Origin: Octopus sinensis | Lineage: Eukaryota | Direction of reading: 5' to 3' | NCBI RefSeq assembly: GCF_006345805.1 | Contig: NC_043003.1 | Location: 115,010,001-115,074,000 of the forward strand | DNA: 64,000 bases | In this document: one piece after another, positions 16,111 to 27,490 of the stretch | Numbering within the stretch: position 1 is the first letter of the stretch | Layout: each line of letters opens with the position of its first letter | Translations under genes and position numbers: made by a program | Notes under the pieces: model-generated | Databases searched by the model: none | What the model saw: the letters and a program-made list of their open reading frames with translations, nothing else | What the model was told of the DNA's origin: nothing

Positions 16111-16964
16111 CCAAATTTCTCGTTTTTAGCGTACTGCGCTTCCTCACTGCCTAGCATCCATTCACTGCATATCAACCAAATCTCACTGACCACGATATAT
16201 ACAGTTGTATGTATGTATTTATAAGTTATGGTGGCGTTGTTGTTGTTGTTATGTTTGTTAAACAAAATTGCTATGAATTAAGTATTTGTTTATAATATCT
16301 AATATAAATGATGCTTATATATATTTTTTGAATATACATCACTTTACATTCTCTCTAATGTTTTAATAAATCTGTTGACTTCTTATTCTTATCTAGCGTA
16401 TGTAGAATATTGTGAGGACGCGTAATGCGATGTTGAAAATGTTCAGATTTAATAGATGAAAAATATTTAAATGCATTAATAATTATCTTTTCATAGACGA
16501 GCTGGTGGTTAATATAACTCATATAATTTGTGTAGGTCAGAGTAATGTAAAATGGGGGTTTTAATTAGTTGATATAAAATAAGTTGAAATTAAGTATTAT
16601 TAATATTTTGTTACGCACGAATTTCTTCAGATTCAATTTCTAAAGTTACTTGAGTGCATGACAACATTAGGAATTTAAGTTAATATTTATGTGGTTGTAT
16701 AATTAATTTTCACCCTCTGATAAAATTATAAACATATAAAATTCTAAAAATCTTTATTTACAACTGGATTATTGTAGCTAGAAATTTATATAATTTTTCG
16801 GGTATATTTTTATAGTATTAAATTCACAGCTTGCAGGATAGGCGTTAGATTTCCTAAATCAGTATAATACAGATAAAATGACTCACATTATTCAATTATA
16901 TTCCTGTGTTCGAATCTCATCAAAGTTGGTTCCACTTACCATAATTCGGGAGTCGAAAGAAAAG

Positions 16965-17500
16965 TGGTATTCTCGTGGAATAGAGAAATGATGATCCAGT
17001 TCCCTGCAAAATAGGATTTATATCAAAGAAATCCTCACCTAGAGAAATACTTCAACGAGAACTAAGTAGTGTCTCACACCAAGCAGTCTTAGAATCCGGC
17101 TGTTGTCCGGAGACAACAACTGGATTCTAAAGTTTCTTACACATCTCATTTGTACATGCATTCATGAAAGGATGAGCCTATATGAGCAGAAGACTATGCA
17201 TAGAAATGTTAGTAGAAAGCTCCGAGATGACAGTAACATCGATCATCAAAGCAGTTTATCATGGAATAATAGCCGGAATACTACCTCCCACTTTGAAGGG
17301 TATGCGTTTGCAATCCAGGAACAGAAAATATCAAACAGGTACCTAATGCACAAAAGGAATAGAGATGCAGGTAAGGCCGTAAAATGTGACAACCGATGCA
17401 GACTTTGTGGAGTTCACACTGAAGATATTATGCACATCATAAGCAGTTGTCCTTAAAAGTCATGTATTATCTACCGATGAGACATGATGTTGTAGCTACG
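16965..17500 (+). mobile_element. R4/Dong-like RLE non-LTR retrotransposon fragment (CCHC zinc-knuckle region)
   Basis: ORF 17103-17456: FEGYAFAIQEQKISNRY...CRLCGVHTEDIMHIISSCP, then RHDVVA after a stop. Confidence 0.75.
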
Positions 17501-17502
17501 TT

Positions 17503-17536
<34 letters not shown>

Positions 17537-17605
17537 AACGTAGCTACAACATCATGTCTCATCGGTAGATAATACATGACTTTTAAGGACAACTGCTTAT
17601 GATGT
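17434..17605. repeat. Perfect 172-bp palindrome centred on (AT)n
   Basis: acatcataagc...ctacgttca (AT)n tgaacgtag...gcttatgatgt; no mismatch seen. Confidence 0.95.
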
Positions 17606-17732
17606 ATATATATATATATATTATATATATATTATAATATATAGCAAGGAAAAAATTGAAAAAATGCAGAATGCTAGATTGAAAGAAAATTTTAATGAAA
17701 TGAGAAATTGAAAAAATATATAAATATATATT

Positions 17733-17774
17733 TATTCAAACCGGTTTTCGTCATAGTGTGACTTATCAAGAATA
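17733..17774 (-). ncRNA. Decayed type I hammerhead motif
   Basis: Minus strand: TATTC-TTGATAA-GTCA cacta TGAC-GAA-AACCGGTT-T-GAATA. Core differs from CTGATGA by two transitions; palindromic stem III. Confidence 0.5.
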
Positions 17775-17879
17775 GTTATGTAAAAACAGTCTTTTTATAA
17801 ATGAGAAAGGGGAAAAAAGAAAGTTATATATATTGAGCTTTTTGAACTTTACGTAAAACTATTATCTCCCCTACTTCTT

Positions 17880-18100
17880 AGTTCTCCTAGGTGAACCTTC
17901 TGTCCGGCATACGCCATGATACATCGCTAGCCACTACACACATATTTTCTCTCCTTGTTTCTTTCTGTGTTCTTTTCTGTGGAAGAGTGTAGGCTCGAAT
18001 CGTTAAATGCTTTTTCAATTCCCGAAAGTTATGTTAATACAACTGTTTGTTTTCTACACCACTAGACTTGTTTTTCGTGATTCTCCTCTCTCTCTCCTCT
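17880..18100 (+). mobile_element. PLE-type 3' remnant, same family as 52462-52670, with HHR-like motif at 17973-18008
   Basis: cgccatg...cgctagc...ttttctctccttgtttct...ctgtggaagagtgtaggctcgaatcgtt...gttaatacaa.tgtttgttt aligns to the reverse complement of the 52.5-kb copy. Confidence 0.65.
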
Positions 18101-18122
18101 CTCCTCTCTCTCTCTCTCTCTA

Positions 18123-18154
<32 letters not shown>

Positions 18155-18368
18155 TATGTGAAATAGAAAGATGAATAATCTTGTAGTAGATTAATCAAAA
18201 GTTTAACCGATACCTTAGTAGCAAAAATCACAGCAGTGAACAGCACGGTTGGAGGTACAACCATCTGGCGTTGCAACCGTGCGTTGGTGCGGATAATTGA
18301 AATTAACATTATTGGTGAATTGAAGAATGGAGCTGAACGCAGATTGAACAGAAATCGTTTTATTTATA

Positions 18369-18447
18369 TTCAACACGTGTTTCGAAAGGCACAATTACCA
18401 AAATCCGATTGAATAATGGGACCATATTGTGTCTTTCTCATCAGGAA
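18369..18447 (-). ncRNA. Type I hammerhead with long stem II
   Basis: TTC-CTGATGA-GAAAGACACAAT...ATTGTGCCTTTC-GAAAC-ACGT-GTT-GAA. Confidence 0.75.
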
Positions 18448-18840
18448 GAAAAAGGAATCCGTTGGAAAAACACAAACAGAACAGAGGCAGAGTAAAAAAC
18501 AAATCGAACTGTGCTCCTAAGAGCCCATGGCGAAACTGTTTAATCAGTGTATGTTGAGAACCGGTGGCTGAAGAATTCAACAGGTCAGGCATCGGTCAAA
18601 CATGTGGGTGAGGGTGTATAGATGTTCTTTGTGACCGAGAATAAAGTTCTGACTATTTAAAGAATATTGGATGTTTTATAAGGGCGAGAAAAAATCTACT
18701 TAGAGACGTGTGTGTGTGTATACTGTTCTATATGTGTGTGTGTTGGCGTAGGGGTAGAAAACATTTTTTGTGTACGTGTGTGCGTTTGATCGTTCGGCTG
18801 TCAGTGGCTACTGCCGTGATAACCGTTGGGTGGCCTGAAG

Positions 18841-19030
18841 GATGCGAACTTAAGCTATAGGCTGGAATGGTCAATTTTGTCGGTGGCCCTCCCATTTGAT
18901 AGGGGCAGAAGACAGTGCAACCTTTGTGTCTCCGAACTCTTCCATATTTTGTTTGCCAGAGGCCGGATGTAAACGGGCTCTTACAGTCGGCTTTTCGATG
19001 CCCCCATTGGCGGCGTTACACTTATCTGGC
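18841..19030 (+). pseudogene. PLE GIY-YIG endonuclease C-terminal remnant
   Basis: DANLSYRLEWSILSVALPFDRGRRQCNLCVSELFHIL then, after a frameshift, FRCPH; parallels YNIQWKILARCKPY...RCGLC...SCPH in the 59082-60092 ORF. Confidence 0.75.
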
Positions 19031-19643
19031 CTTTAATAGCGTTTATAAATAAGACCGGCACCCATAGCCCTTGGTAACAAATTCTGAAATAGATTTAAGA
19101 TATCTACAATTAACCACTGCAAGGGAAATTACTCCTGTAAGACAACGGGGCTTGTTTTTTCACACGGGGGGTTTCCTTTCAAGGTAGGCTTAGATGAACA
19201 CACACACACACACATAAAACATAAAAATATATAATAATTTCTTTATTTTTTTTCTTTCTGCCACCCAACGGTTTCACGGCAGAGCCACTGACAGCCGAAC
19301 GATCAAACGCACACACGTACACAAAAAATGTTTTCTACCCCTACGCCAACACACACATATATAGACAGTATACACACACAACACGTCTCTAAGTAGATTT
19401 TTTCTCGCCCCTTATAAAACATCCAATATTCTTTAAATAGTCAGAACTTTATTCTCGGTCAAAGACATCTCACCCTCACCTCACCCACATGTTTGACCGA
19501 TGCCTGACCTGTTGAATTCTCATCAGCCACCGGTTCTCAACATACACATAAACAGTTTCGCCATGGGCTCTTAGGAGCACAGTTCGATTTGTTTTTTACT
19601 CTGCCTCTGTTCGTTTTTGTTTTTCAACGGATTTCCTTTTTTC

Positions 19644-19721
19644 TTCCTGATGAGAAACACAATATGGTCCCATTATTCAATCGGATTTTGGTAATTTGTG
19701 CCTTTCGAAACACGTGTAGAA
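19644..19721 (+). ncRNA. Type I hammerhead with long stem II
   Basis: TTC-CTGATGA-GAAACACAA...TTTGTGCCTTTC-GAAAC-ACGT-GTA-GAA; canonical core, G10.1-C11.1 pair, palindrome CACGTG. Confidence 0.8.
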
Positions 19722-20343
19722 TAAATAAAACGATTCTGTTCAATCTGCGTTCAGCTCCTTTCTTCAATTCACAATAATGTTTTATATATATATATATTAT
19801 ATATATTATATATTATAATATATACATATATATATGTATATATATATATATGTATATATGTATGTATGTATGTATATATATATGTATGTATATATGTATG
19901 TTTGTATGTATGTATATATGTATGTATGTATATATACATTCATATGGCTTACCTTCCCGTTCAATGTACAGAGTACATAGCCATGAGCTACTTATAGTTC
20001 TATACGGTGCTGATATTATTTAGGTAGCTTTTTATAATACGTCCAGTGCCTCCAAGCAATCTCCGGGCTCACTGAGCTCATGGCCGATACAAGTTGTATA
20101 TCAGGCCAGTAGAACAAGAGAAATCACGCGGGAAATAAGAGAGGAAGATGCATATAAAATGGAGAAGGGTTAAAAAAAGCGGGAAAGAAAGGACAAAAGA
20201 AGAATGAGAATTCGAAATATGTCCCCTTTGACCGTAAAAACACGTGTATGTGTTTATGCATGTATGTATGCATTTATGTATGTATGTATGTATGTATGTA
20301 TGTATGTATGTATGTATGTATGTATGTATGTATGTATGTATGT

Positions 20344-20832
20344 CAGGAAGGGAGGGATGTCAGGAAGGGAGGGATGTCAGGAAGGGAGGGATGTCAGGAA
20401 GGGAGGGATGTCAGGAAGGGCATCGCTGTTACACTTCCAGAAGGAAAGGTCTTCCTTTGATGCTGACATGCAATGTCTGTGCAAGACCCTGCCTCAGTAA
20501 AGCTGGACTCATGAGTCATCTTCATAGTCATAAAACGAGACAGATGAGTGACAACCTGACCACTGGTGGTGTTGTAATACACCATACTAATCATATCTGT
20601 CGGGCATGTGGAAGAGAGTGTAATTCGGCAGGAGGACTTATGCGACATGCAAAGGTACATGAAGCCCAGTTACAGCTACAGCCGGCTATTGCTGGTAACG
20701 GTTTTAGTTGCCAATTCTGTACAAGACATTGTAGATCTTTGGCTGGGCTAAAAAGTCACATTCGATCACAGCACCAATAACAGTTAAGCTTCGTGCAATG
20801 GCCATACTCGATAACGAGGGGGCAGCCATCAT
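20344..20832 (+). mobile_element. RTE-like LINE 3' end with three C2H2 fingers, preceded by a 17-bp tandem repeat (4 units plus a partial)
   Basis: CNVCARPCLSKAGLMSHLHSH / CRACGRECNSAGGLMRHAKVH / CQFCTRHCRSLAGLKSHIRSQH*; short 3' UTR ending gcagccatc then (ATGT)n; first finger and UTR resemble the 7416-7793 RTE. Confidence 0.7.
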
Positions 20833-20880
20833 GTATGTATGTATGTATGTATGTATGTATGTATGTATGTATGTATGTAT

Positions 20881-22260
20881 GTTAGTTAGTTAGTTAGTTA
20901 ATTTGGCTCAAAAGCAAATAGCAAGGCCATGTAGGGGGAAATGGAGTTAAGTACAGGGTGGTGTTCATGTAAAGAGTTCAGGCCACTTGAGGTCAAGGGA
21001 GGCTTTGAACAAAGCGGTCGTCGGCATCTTCACCATCTCGTCTGGCAGCTTGTTCGGCGGATCCGCAACCCGGACGGAGAAAGCTCCTCTCCTTCGATTG
21101 AGATGAAATCGTCGCAGGTAGAGCTTTTCGGAAGGACCCCGCAGCCGACGCTCTGGAGCAGGAGTGAAGAACAGCTCTTTCGAGAGGTTACACTTTCCGC
21201 TTATGATGTGGGCGAGAATGAGATCACCACGGCGGCGGCGTTTTTCAAGAGAATAAAGGTCGAGCGTCCTCAGCCTTTCTTCGTAGGACAAATTTTTGAG
21301 ACCATGAACCATGCGGGTAGCCAGCTTCTGGACTCTTTCGAGATGCTGTATGTCTTTGAGGAGAGAAGGAGAAGAGGCTTGAATCCCATACTCCAATATG
21401 GGTCTCACCAGCGTGACATAGAGTCGTAGGAATATGGCTGTTGTGAGCATTCCGAATGACCGTCGAATCAAGAACAGAATTCCGTGTGCTTTGTTGGCAG
21501 CATGGACGCACTGGGCCGAAGGCGAAAAGGAGGAATCCACCAAGATACCTAGGTCCTTTACCTGATCGGTCCTCTCCAGCAGCAGACGACCCGGCTCGAA
21601 ATCAAGTTGAGTTGCAGGAGTAGAGCCGACAGGCAGATGACAACACTTTGACACGTTCAGACACAGGTCCCAATCGTTAGACCACTTCCAAATTTGGTGG
21701 AGGCATCGACGAAGATCCTCTATATTGCCGCGAGGAGCGACCAGTTTGATATCGTCGGCAAATAGAAGGGTGTGTTGCGTGAGGTCGTCGGCAAGTCATT
21801 TAAGAAGACTAAGAACAACAAGGGCCCAAGCACTGAACCTTGAGGCACGCCACTGCTCGCACTGGAGACGTCGGACCGCGAACCATTAACTTGGACTTGG
21901 AAGGAGCGATCTGAGAGGAAGGCACCAACCCATCGTACAATATCCGGATGGAAACTATATGCTTGAAGCTTGACAAGTAATAGGCGGTGGTTTACCGAGT
22001 CAAAAGCTTTGGCAAAGTCCAGTAAAATGATGTCAACAGCATCACTATCATTGAGGATGCGCGTCACCAATTCTTCCATTACTAGTAAGTTGGTCAAGCA
22101 TGATCTCTTCGGCACGAAGCCGTGTTGGGAATCAGAGATAGAGGCTGTGTTTAGGAGGTGGAGCATCATACTTTTCTTAAGGATGGTTTCGAACATCTTG
22201 CTGATAATTGATGTAAGGGAAACCGGTCGGTAGTTAAGCGGGTCTTCGCGGCTCCCTCCC
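20881..22260 (-). mobile_element. CR1-clade LINE, 5'-truncated (RT domain and C-terminus, frameshifted)
   Basis: QHGFVPKRSCLTNLL, LDFAKAFDSVNH, SGVPQGSVLGPLLFLVFLNDLP, LERVQKLATRMV, YEERLRTLDLYSLEKRR.RGDLI; (TAAC)n 3' tail; sits within (ATGT)n. Confidence 0.92.
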
Positions 22261-22289
22261 TGTATGCATGTATGTATGTAGTACCATGT

Positions 22290-22657
22290 GCCGCAGGCGT
22301 GGCAGTGACGTAAGAAGTTAGCGTCTCAAACACATGTTTCCGGGTTCAATCCACTGGGCAAGTGTTTTCTCAAATAGATTCGTGCCTTGTAGATTTGGTT
22401 GGCATAAACAGAAAAAAAACTGTCATTTATGTGTGTGTGTGTGTGTGTGTGTTTGTACTTGAACAACGTTTTACAAGTGGTATTGGTGAGTTTATGTCTC
22501 CGTAACTTAGCAATTGGGCAAAAGAAACCGATAGAATAAATACTATGCTCTAAGAGATATGATAAATACACGGATAGATGCGTTCGATTACAAATTCTTC
22601 AAAGCCGTGCCCCAGCATGGCCACACTTTCATGACTGAAACAAGTAAAAGTTAAAAG
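22290..22657 (+). mobile_element. SINE family B, diverged
   Basis: Head ccgggttcaatcc...ctgggcaagtg; tail ccagcatggcc...atgactgaaacaagtaaaag. Confidence 0.75.
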
Positions 22658-22809
22658 AATGATAGGTGTTCGCGCTCGCGCGCGTGTATATATATGTTTA
22701 TATATATATATTATATATATATATATATATAGATATATATATATATAATATATATATATATCTATATATATATATATATAATATATATATATATATACAT
22801 ATATGTATT

Positions 22810-23112
22810 GATAAAACGGTAAGATAACAAAAGAAAGAAAGAGACCTCAATATTATGTAAATAGAGGAAATTCTCTATTTTTTTTAATGTATTTTTATAT
22901 AATTTTTATGACGAAAAATGCGAGCGATGTATAAGTACGCAGGCAAAGCAGAGTTATAACAGAGTAATTTCCCTTCATTTTTAACGGTATTTTTTCATAA
23001 CGTTTTCAAATAGCCAGATAACCGAAGAGATGGTGTTGTGGATTTCCACTTCGGCATCTGAAACTCAGAGTTTTATCTTGACTACCGAGTAATGTAACAT
23101 ATTGTATAGATA
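22810..23112 (+). mobile_element. 300-bp mini copy of the 56790-60383 PLE: inverted 3' tip plus direct 3' UTR
   Basis: 22810-22872 equals 56793-56855; 22880-23112 is nearly identical to about 60150-60383; (AT)n flanks. Confidence 0.92.
23016..23078 (+). ncRNA. Variant type I hammerhead (family D)
   Basis: AGATAA-CCGAAGA-GATG...CATC-T-GAAA-CTC A GAG-TT-TTATCT; identical to the 56890 and 60287 copies. Confidence 0.65.
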
Positions 23113-23149
23113 TACATATATGTATATATATATGCATATATATATATAC

Positions 23150-23182
<33 letters not shown>

Positions 23183-23364
23183 TGTACTTGTTTCAGTCAT
23201 TTGACTGCGGCCATGCTGGAGCACCGCCTTTAGAGTGGTGAAAGAGTACAGCAGGGATCACCACCATCCCCTGCCGGAGCCTCGTGGAGCTTTTAGGTGT
23301 TTTCGCTCAATAAACACACACAACGTACATATATATGTACAGAAAGAGAGAGAGTCTGTGCCTA

Positions 23365-23403
<39 letters not shown>

Positions 23404-23763
23404 TCAATATGTATGTAAACTTCATATAAAACACATAATATTTAGCGAAGGGGTTATTAAATTATTCCCCTTTCTTAAATTTATTGGCTGTCAATCTGCA
23501 TTCGGTATATTCGCTTCTTGAAGGTCGGATAGGATGTAAGACGATAACTTCTTAAATATATCGTGAATTGAACTACACTGGATCATCACACGTCTTGGAA
23601 TCTTACCAATATCTTTTAATGTCTTTGGAGGTTTACAGTGCCCTGCAACTGAACTTAATTACACAAAACCGAATTGCTTGTTTGAGAAAACAGCCTCATA
23701 AAGGAAAAGTTACGCGTACGCACGCACATGCTTATTCCTACATATGCACAGAGGCTCACTTAC

Positions 23764-24069
23764 TTCTCTCGTCAGGCATTCAATCCATGCTGAGTTAGAA
23801 TCCATGCATACATAGTGAAGTTGGCTTCATTGAGGGACATATACATTAATGGGTTTGAATCGAAGTTATCTTCAAGCAACTTCTGAAAGGAATCTCATGG
23901 TGAGGGGACGACCGTGGGGGGAGTGGAGTTCTGTAACGACTGGCAATGAAAATTTTAAACGTGGCCATAAAACCGCCAAACCACATAGGCGTCATTAACA
24001 TAAACAAAAGACAAGTATGTAACAAGAAATATTGACTTTGTTTTATGGTTCTCCGGTTGCAATGGCAAC
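23764..24069 (-). promoter_or_regulatory. Candidate RFX X-box promoter (24056-24069) and first exon ending at a consensus donor (23763)
   Basis: GTTGCAATGGCAAC is one mismatch from the palindromic X-box; CpG-retaining non-repetitive patch; CGCCATTTT (YY1-like) nearby; minus-strand GAA|GTAAGT donor. Confidence 0.3.
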
Positions 24070-24321
24070 GATATGTCTGAAGATTTCTATCGCCATTTTA
24101 AAGAAAGAACAGCTACAATAAATCGCGTGGCGTTTGTATTAAAAAAACGATATTTCCCTAAAACGCCATTTAAACACATATGTTCAGTGACAGGCAGATA
24201 TCTACGCATATCTACAAACGTAGACATACGTGCATATACATCTACATTCACATATAATATATGAGTGCCCGTGTGTATGTATCTATAAATATATGTGTAT
24301 ATACTCACACACAAACACAAG

Positions 24322-24355
<34 letters not shown>

Positions 24356-24423
24356 CATATATATGTATATATGTACAAATATATATATTTATATGCATAT
24401 ATATATATATATGCATATAAATA

Positions 24424-24464
<41 letters not shown>

Positions 24465-24487
24465 TATATATATATATATATATATGC

Positions 24488-24773
24488 GGAAGCGCAATGG
24501 CCCAGTGGTTAGGGCAGCGGACTAGCGGTCGTAGAATCGCAGTTTCGATTCCCAGACCGGGAGTTATGAGTGTTTATTGAGCGAAAACATCTAAGGCTCC
24601 ACGAGGCTACGGCAGGGGGTGGTGGCGATCCCTGCTATATTCTTTCGCCTGAACTTTCTCTCGCTCTTCCTGCTCGCTTAGCCAGCGGGGTGGCGTCATT
24701 TGAAGGCTAAAACAATGCGAAGTGCATTGTGACCAGCGATGTGTAACATCATCTGATAGTCTGGTCAGTCACG

Positions 24774-24778
<5 letters not shown>
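24488..24778 (+). mobile_element. SINE family A, tail type 2
   Basis: tRNA-Arg-like head with B box gtttcgattccc; tail ctcgcttagccagcggggtggcgtcattt...gtcacggtgat shared with 61722. Confidence 0.9.
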
Positions 24779-24814
<36 letters not shown>

Positions 24815-25421
24815 TATATATATGAATATATTATATATATATATATTATATATATATATATATGTATAATATATTCATATATATATATATATATTATATA
24901 TATATATATACGTAAGTATATACATAAGTATATACATATATATACATATATATATCTCTCTCTATATATATGTATGTGTGTCTGCGTGTGTTTGCGTTGT
25001 GTGTGTGCGTGTTTGTATGCGTGCACACATTTCGTATGAAACAAAACGTAAAAATAAAAGAAGTTAATCCTTTAGGCACGGGGACATTGAGCTGGAAAAT
25101 GAGATTTTATGTGAAAAAGGAAGAATTAAAAGATTCTACACTTGTTTCCAACTGAAATTAATGAGAAAAGTAAGCTTGGGAATGGAACCTAAGAATTTGG
25201 AAACATCAATGCTTTCTCGTGTATGTTTGTGGCTAATGGTTGAAACAGTTTGGTTAAATGTTTGTCACCTTTCATAACCATGATTAGACAGACCTAAAGA
25301 AACTGTAAGTTTAACGTATGCTTACATTAAAAACAGTCACATTTTCTAAGGTGGCAGAAATATATTTGGATGCGAATTCTAGCTGTTGCTATATATTATA
25401 TATTGTATATTAAACTTGCGT

Positions 25422-25790
25422 GGAAGCGCAATGGCCCAGTGGTTAGGGCAGCGGACTCGCGGTCGTAGGATCGCGGTTTCGATTCCCAGACCGGGCGTTG
25501 TGAATGTTTATTGAGCGAAAACACCTAAAGCTCCACGATGCTCCGGCAGGGGGTTGTGATCCCTGCTGTACTCTTTCACCACAATTTTCTCTTACTTCCT
25601 GTTTCTTTTGTACCTGTATTTCAAAGGGCCGGCCTTGTCACTCTCTGTGTGACGCTGAATATCTCCGAGAACTATGTTAAGGGTACACGTGTCTGTGAAG
25701 TGCTCAGCCACTTACACGTTAATTTCACGAGCAGGCTGTCCCGTTGATCGGATCAACCGGAACCCTCGTCGTCGTAACCGACGGAGTGCT
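25422..25790 (+). mobile_element. SINE family A, tail type 1, with 12-bp TSD
   Basis: Full head; TSD ATATTAAACTTG at 25407-25418 and 25800-25811. Confidence 0.92.
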
Positions 25791-25890
25791 TCCACCACCA
25801 TATTAAACTTGTATATATCGAGTATAATTACGCAAATTTTAATGGTTCTATTGCATAATACGTGAGCGGATAGAAAACCAAAGAGACATA

Positions 25891-25934
25891 TAAATGAACG
25901 TTTCGGGTCTTTTTGACGTGCTCGTCAGCCTCTA
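25891..25934 (-). ncRNA. Decayed minimal type I hammerhead
   Basis: TAGAGG-CTGACGA-GCACGTC aaaaa GACCC-GAAAC-GTT-CATTTA; stem I has one mismatch; AACGTT palindrome. Confidence 0.5.
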
Positions 25935-26364
25935 TATAAACTTTAAGCTGTCTGCAAATAGGTCGATAACAACCTCACTAATATTCACTAAAGTCGACTG
26001 GATAGAATGATTTGTATATAACTACGTATAGCACGTTCATAGCAACGAAACTGAACGTTAGATTATTTGTGTGATATATTTTGTACACAAGAACAGTTTA
26101 CAAATGATATAGCATGTAGTTTGGTCTAAAAATGACGATGGACATGTCAGATTGTGTACTACAGCAACGAACGAAACAATGTTAAGGTTTAATATTGAAC
26201 TTTATAATATGCAGAATAAATTTATCACTTAATAAATGTAAGCTGTGTTCTCTTTTAGCATATACGTAAATGTGTGTGTATATTCATCTGTGTGCGTGTC
26301 TGAGTCAGCGTGTTTCGATGTGTATGATGAAAGGAAAAACATGTTTATAAAAACATATGTTTAT

Positions 26365-26425
<61 letters not shown>

Positions 26426-26514
26426 ATACATACATGCTTGCAAGGATACATATATAGTTATACACAAATTATCTTAAACGACGTGCTAGCAAAGAGTGCA
26501 GTTGATCAACTGGA

Positions 26515-26700
26515 GTGGCCATTGGAAAAATTGTCACAACTGAGAATGGAAATAATATTTTTGGCATGACTGCGAAAACGGCTGTACCTTTTGGTCATGT
26601 GATCAGGGCCCAGAACCTCACCATCCAGAAACTAGATGGAAGAGCAAAACGAAGAAGGGTGAGACTAGGAAGACTCTCACTGAAGGACATCAGTTTTCAT
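26515..26700 (+). mobile_element. Old RTE-like LINE C-terminal remnant
   Basis: FGHVIRAQNL...GRAKRRRVRLGRLSLKDI resembles the RTE motif FGHV.R...GKR.RGRP...W.KDI. Confidence 0.5.
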
Positions 26701-26903
26701 TATTTCATTCTTTTTTGTGGACAAACATCGGTCAAGGCCAAAACAGATCATTCCCTCGCTTTCAGTGTATAATGTAATATTTCCCTGTGTTAATTGATTT
26801 GCCTCTTCTTAATGATGCTTTGGTGCATTTATTTATTCCCATCTCTATGTCTTTGTTGAACAATATTTCTATGATTATGTCATGTTTTTGTTTTGCTTTA
26901 ATT

Positions 26904-27490
26904 TACACTGGCCAAAATAATTTTAAGACAGTTCTGTTCCTTCATTAAGTTACTTTTTAAAAATTAACTATAATTATTTTACTTATTACAGTTTATGTAG
27001 AACTATTTTCTCTTTCAAATGATGTAATCGTTATATATCCTTCTAAAATTTGAATAATTTTAATGTGCATTTAATTCAAATGATTGGAAATTGTCGGCAA
27101 AATAAGTTTAAGACCGTACCAAAATTACGCAAATTAATAAACCGAGTGGGTGGTCTTATGACTGGTCGGTCATACTGCACTGTTTTGTTTAATAATCAAG
27201 CATTGTTACATATTAATTGACAATGGGAAAGCGCCGTAGTGTCAGTCCAGTTAGTGGATCAAAGATCGTGTTAGTTTCATCAGCAAAATGTGTCCTTCAT
27301 GAACATTAGCAAGCAATTAGGATGCAGGGGAACGGCTTGTGTTCGAGAATGGCAGCTTTACCAAGCCACTGGCCAATTCAAAGACTGGCAAAGAACGGAC
27401 GTTCCGAGAAAAACAACAGTACGGATGGCTCGGCAAAATCATAGGCATTCTGAAGGTGACCGAATGCTAACAGCATTCAAAGCAGGTTGC
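26904..27490 (+). mobile_element. Tc1-like transposon remnant (left end plus N-terminal HTH of the transposase, frameshifted)
   Basis: ATG at 27223: MGKRRSVS..KIV / HQQNVSFMNISKQLGC...YQATGQFKDWQRTDVPRKTTVR...DRMLTA; candidate TA-CACTGG TIR start at 26904. Confidence 0.6.

Larger units (their letters stand above)
18156..19781 (+). mobile_element. 5'-truncated PLE with inverted 3' arm (fold-back; arms 18305-18834 and 19260-19781)
   Basis: ~520-bp inverted arms; the spacer encodes a GIY-YIG endonuclease C-terminus; HHR in each arm; (AT)n flanks. Confidence 0.85.

Noticed and set aside
18530-18585. Second, antisense hammerhead in the fold-back arms (GAAAC...CTGAAGA)
   Set aside because: The would-be cleavage position is G, and the stems are not conserved between the two arms.
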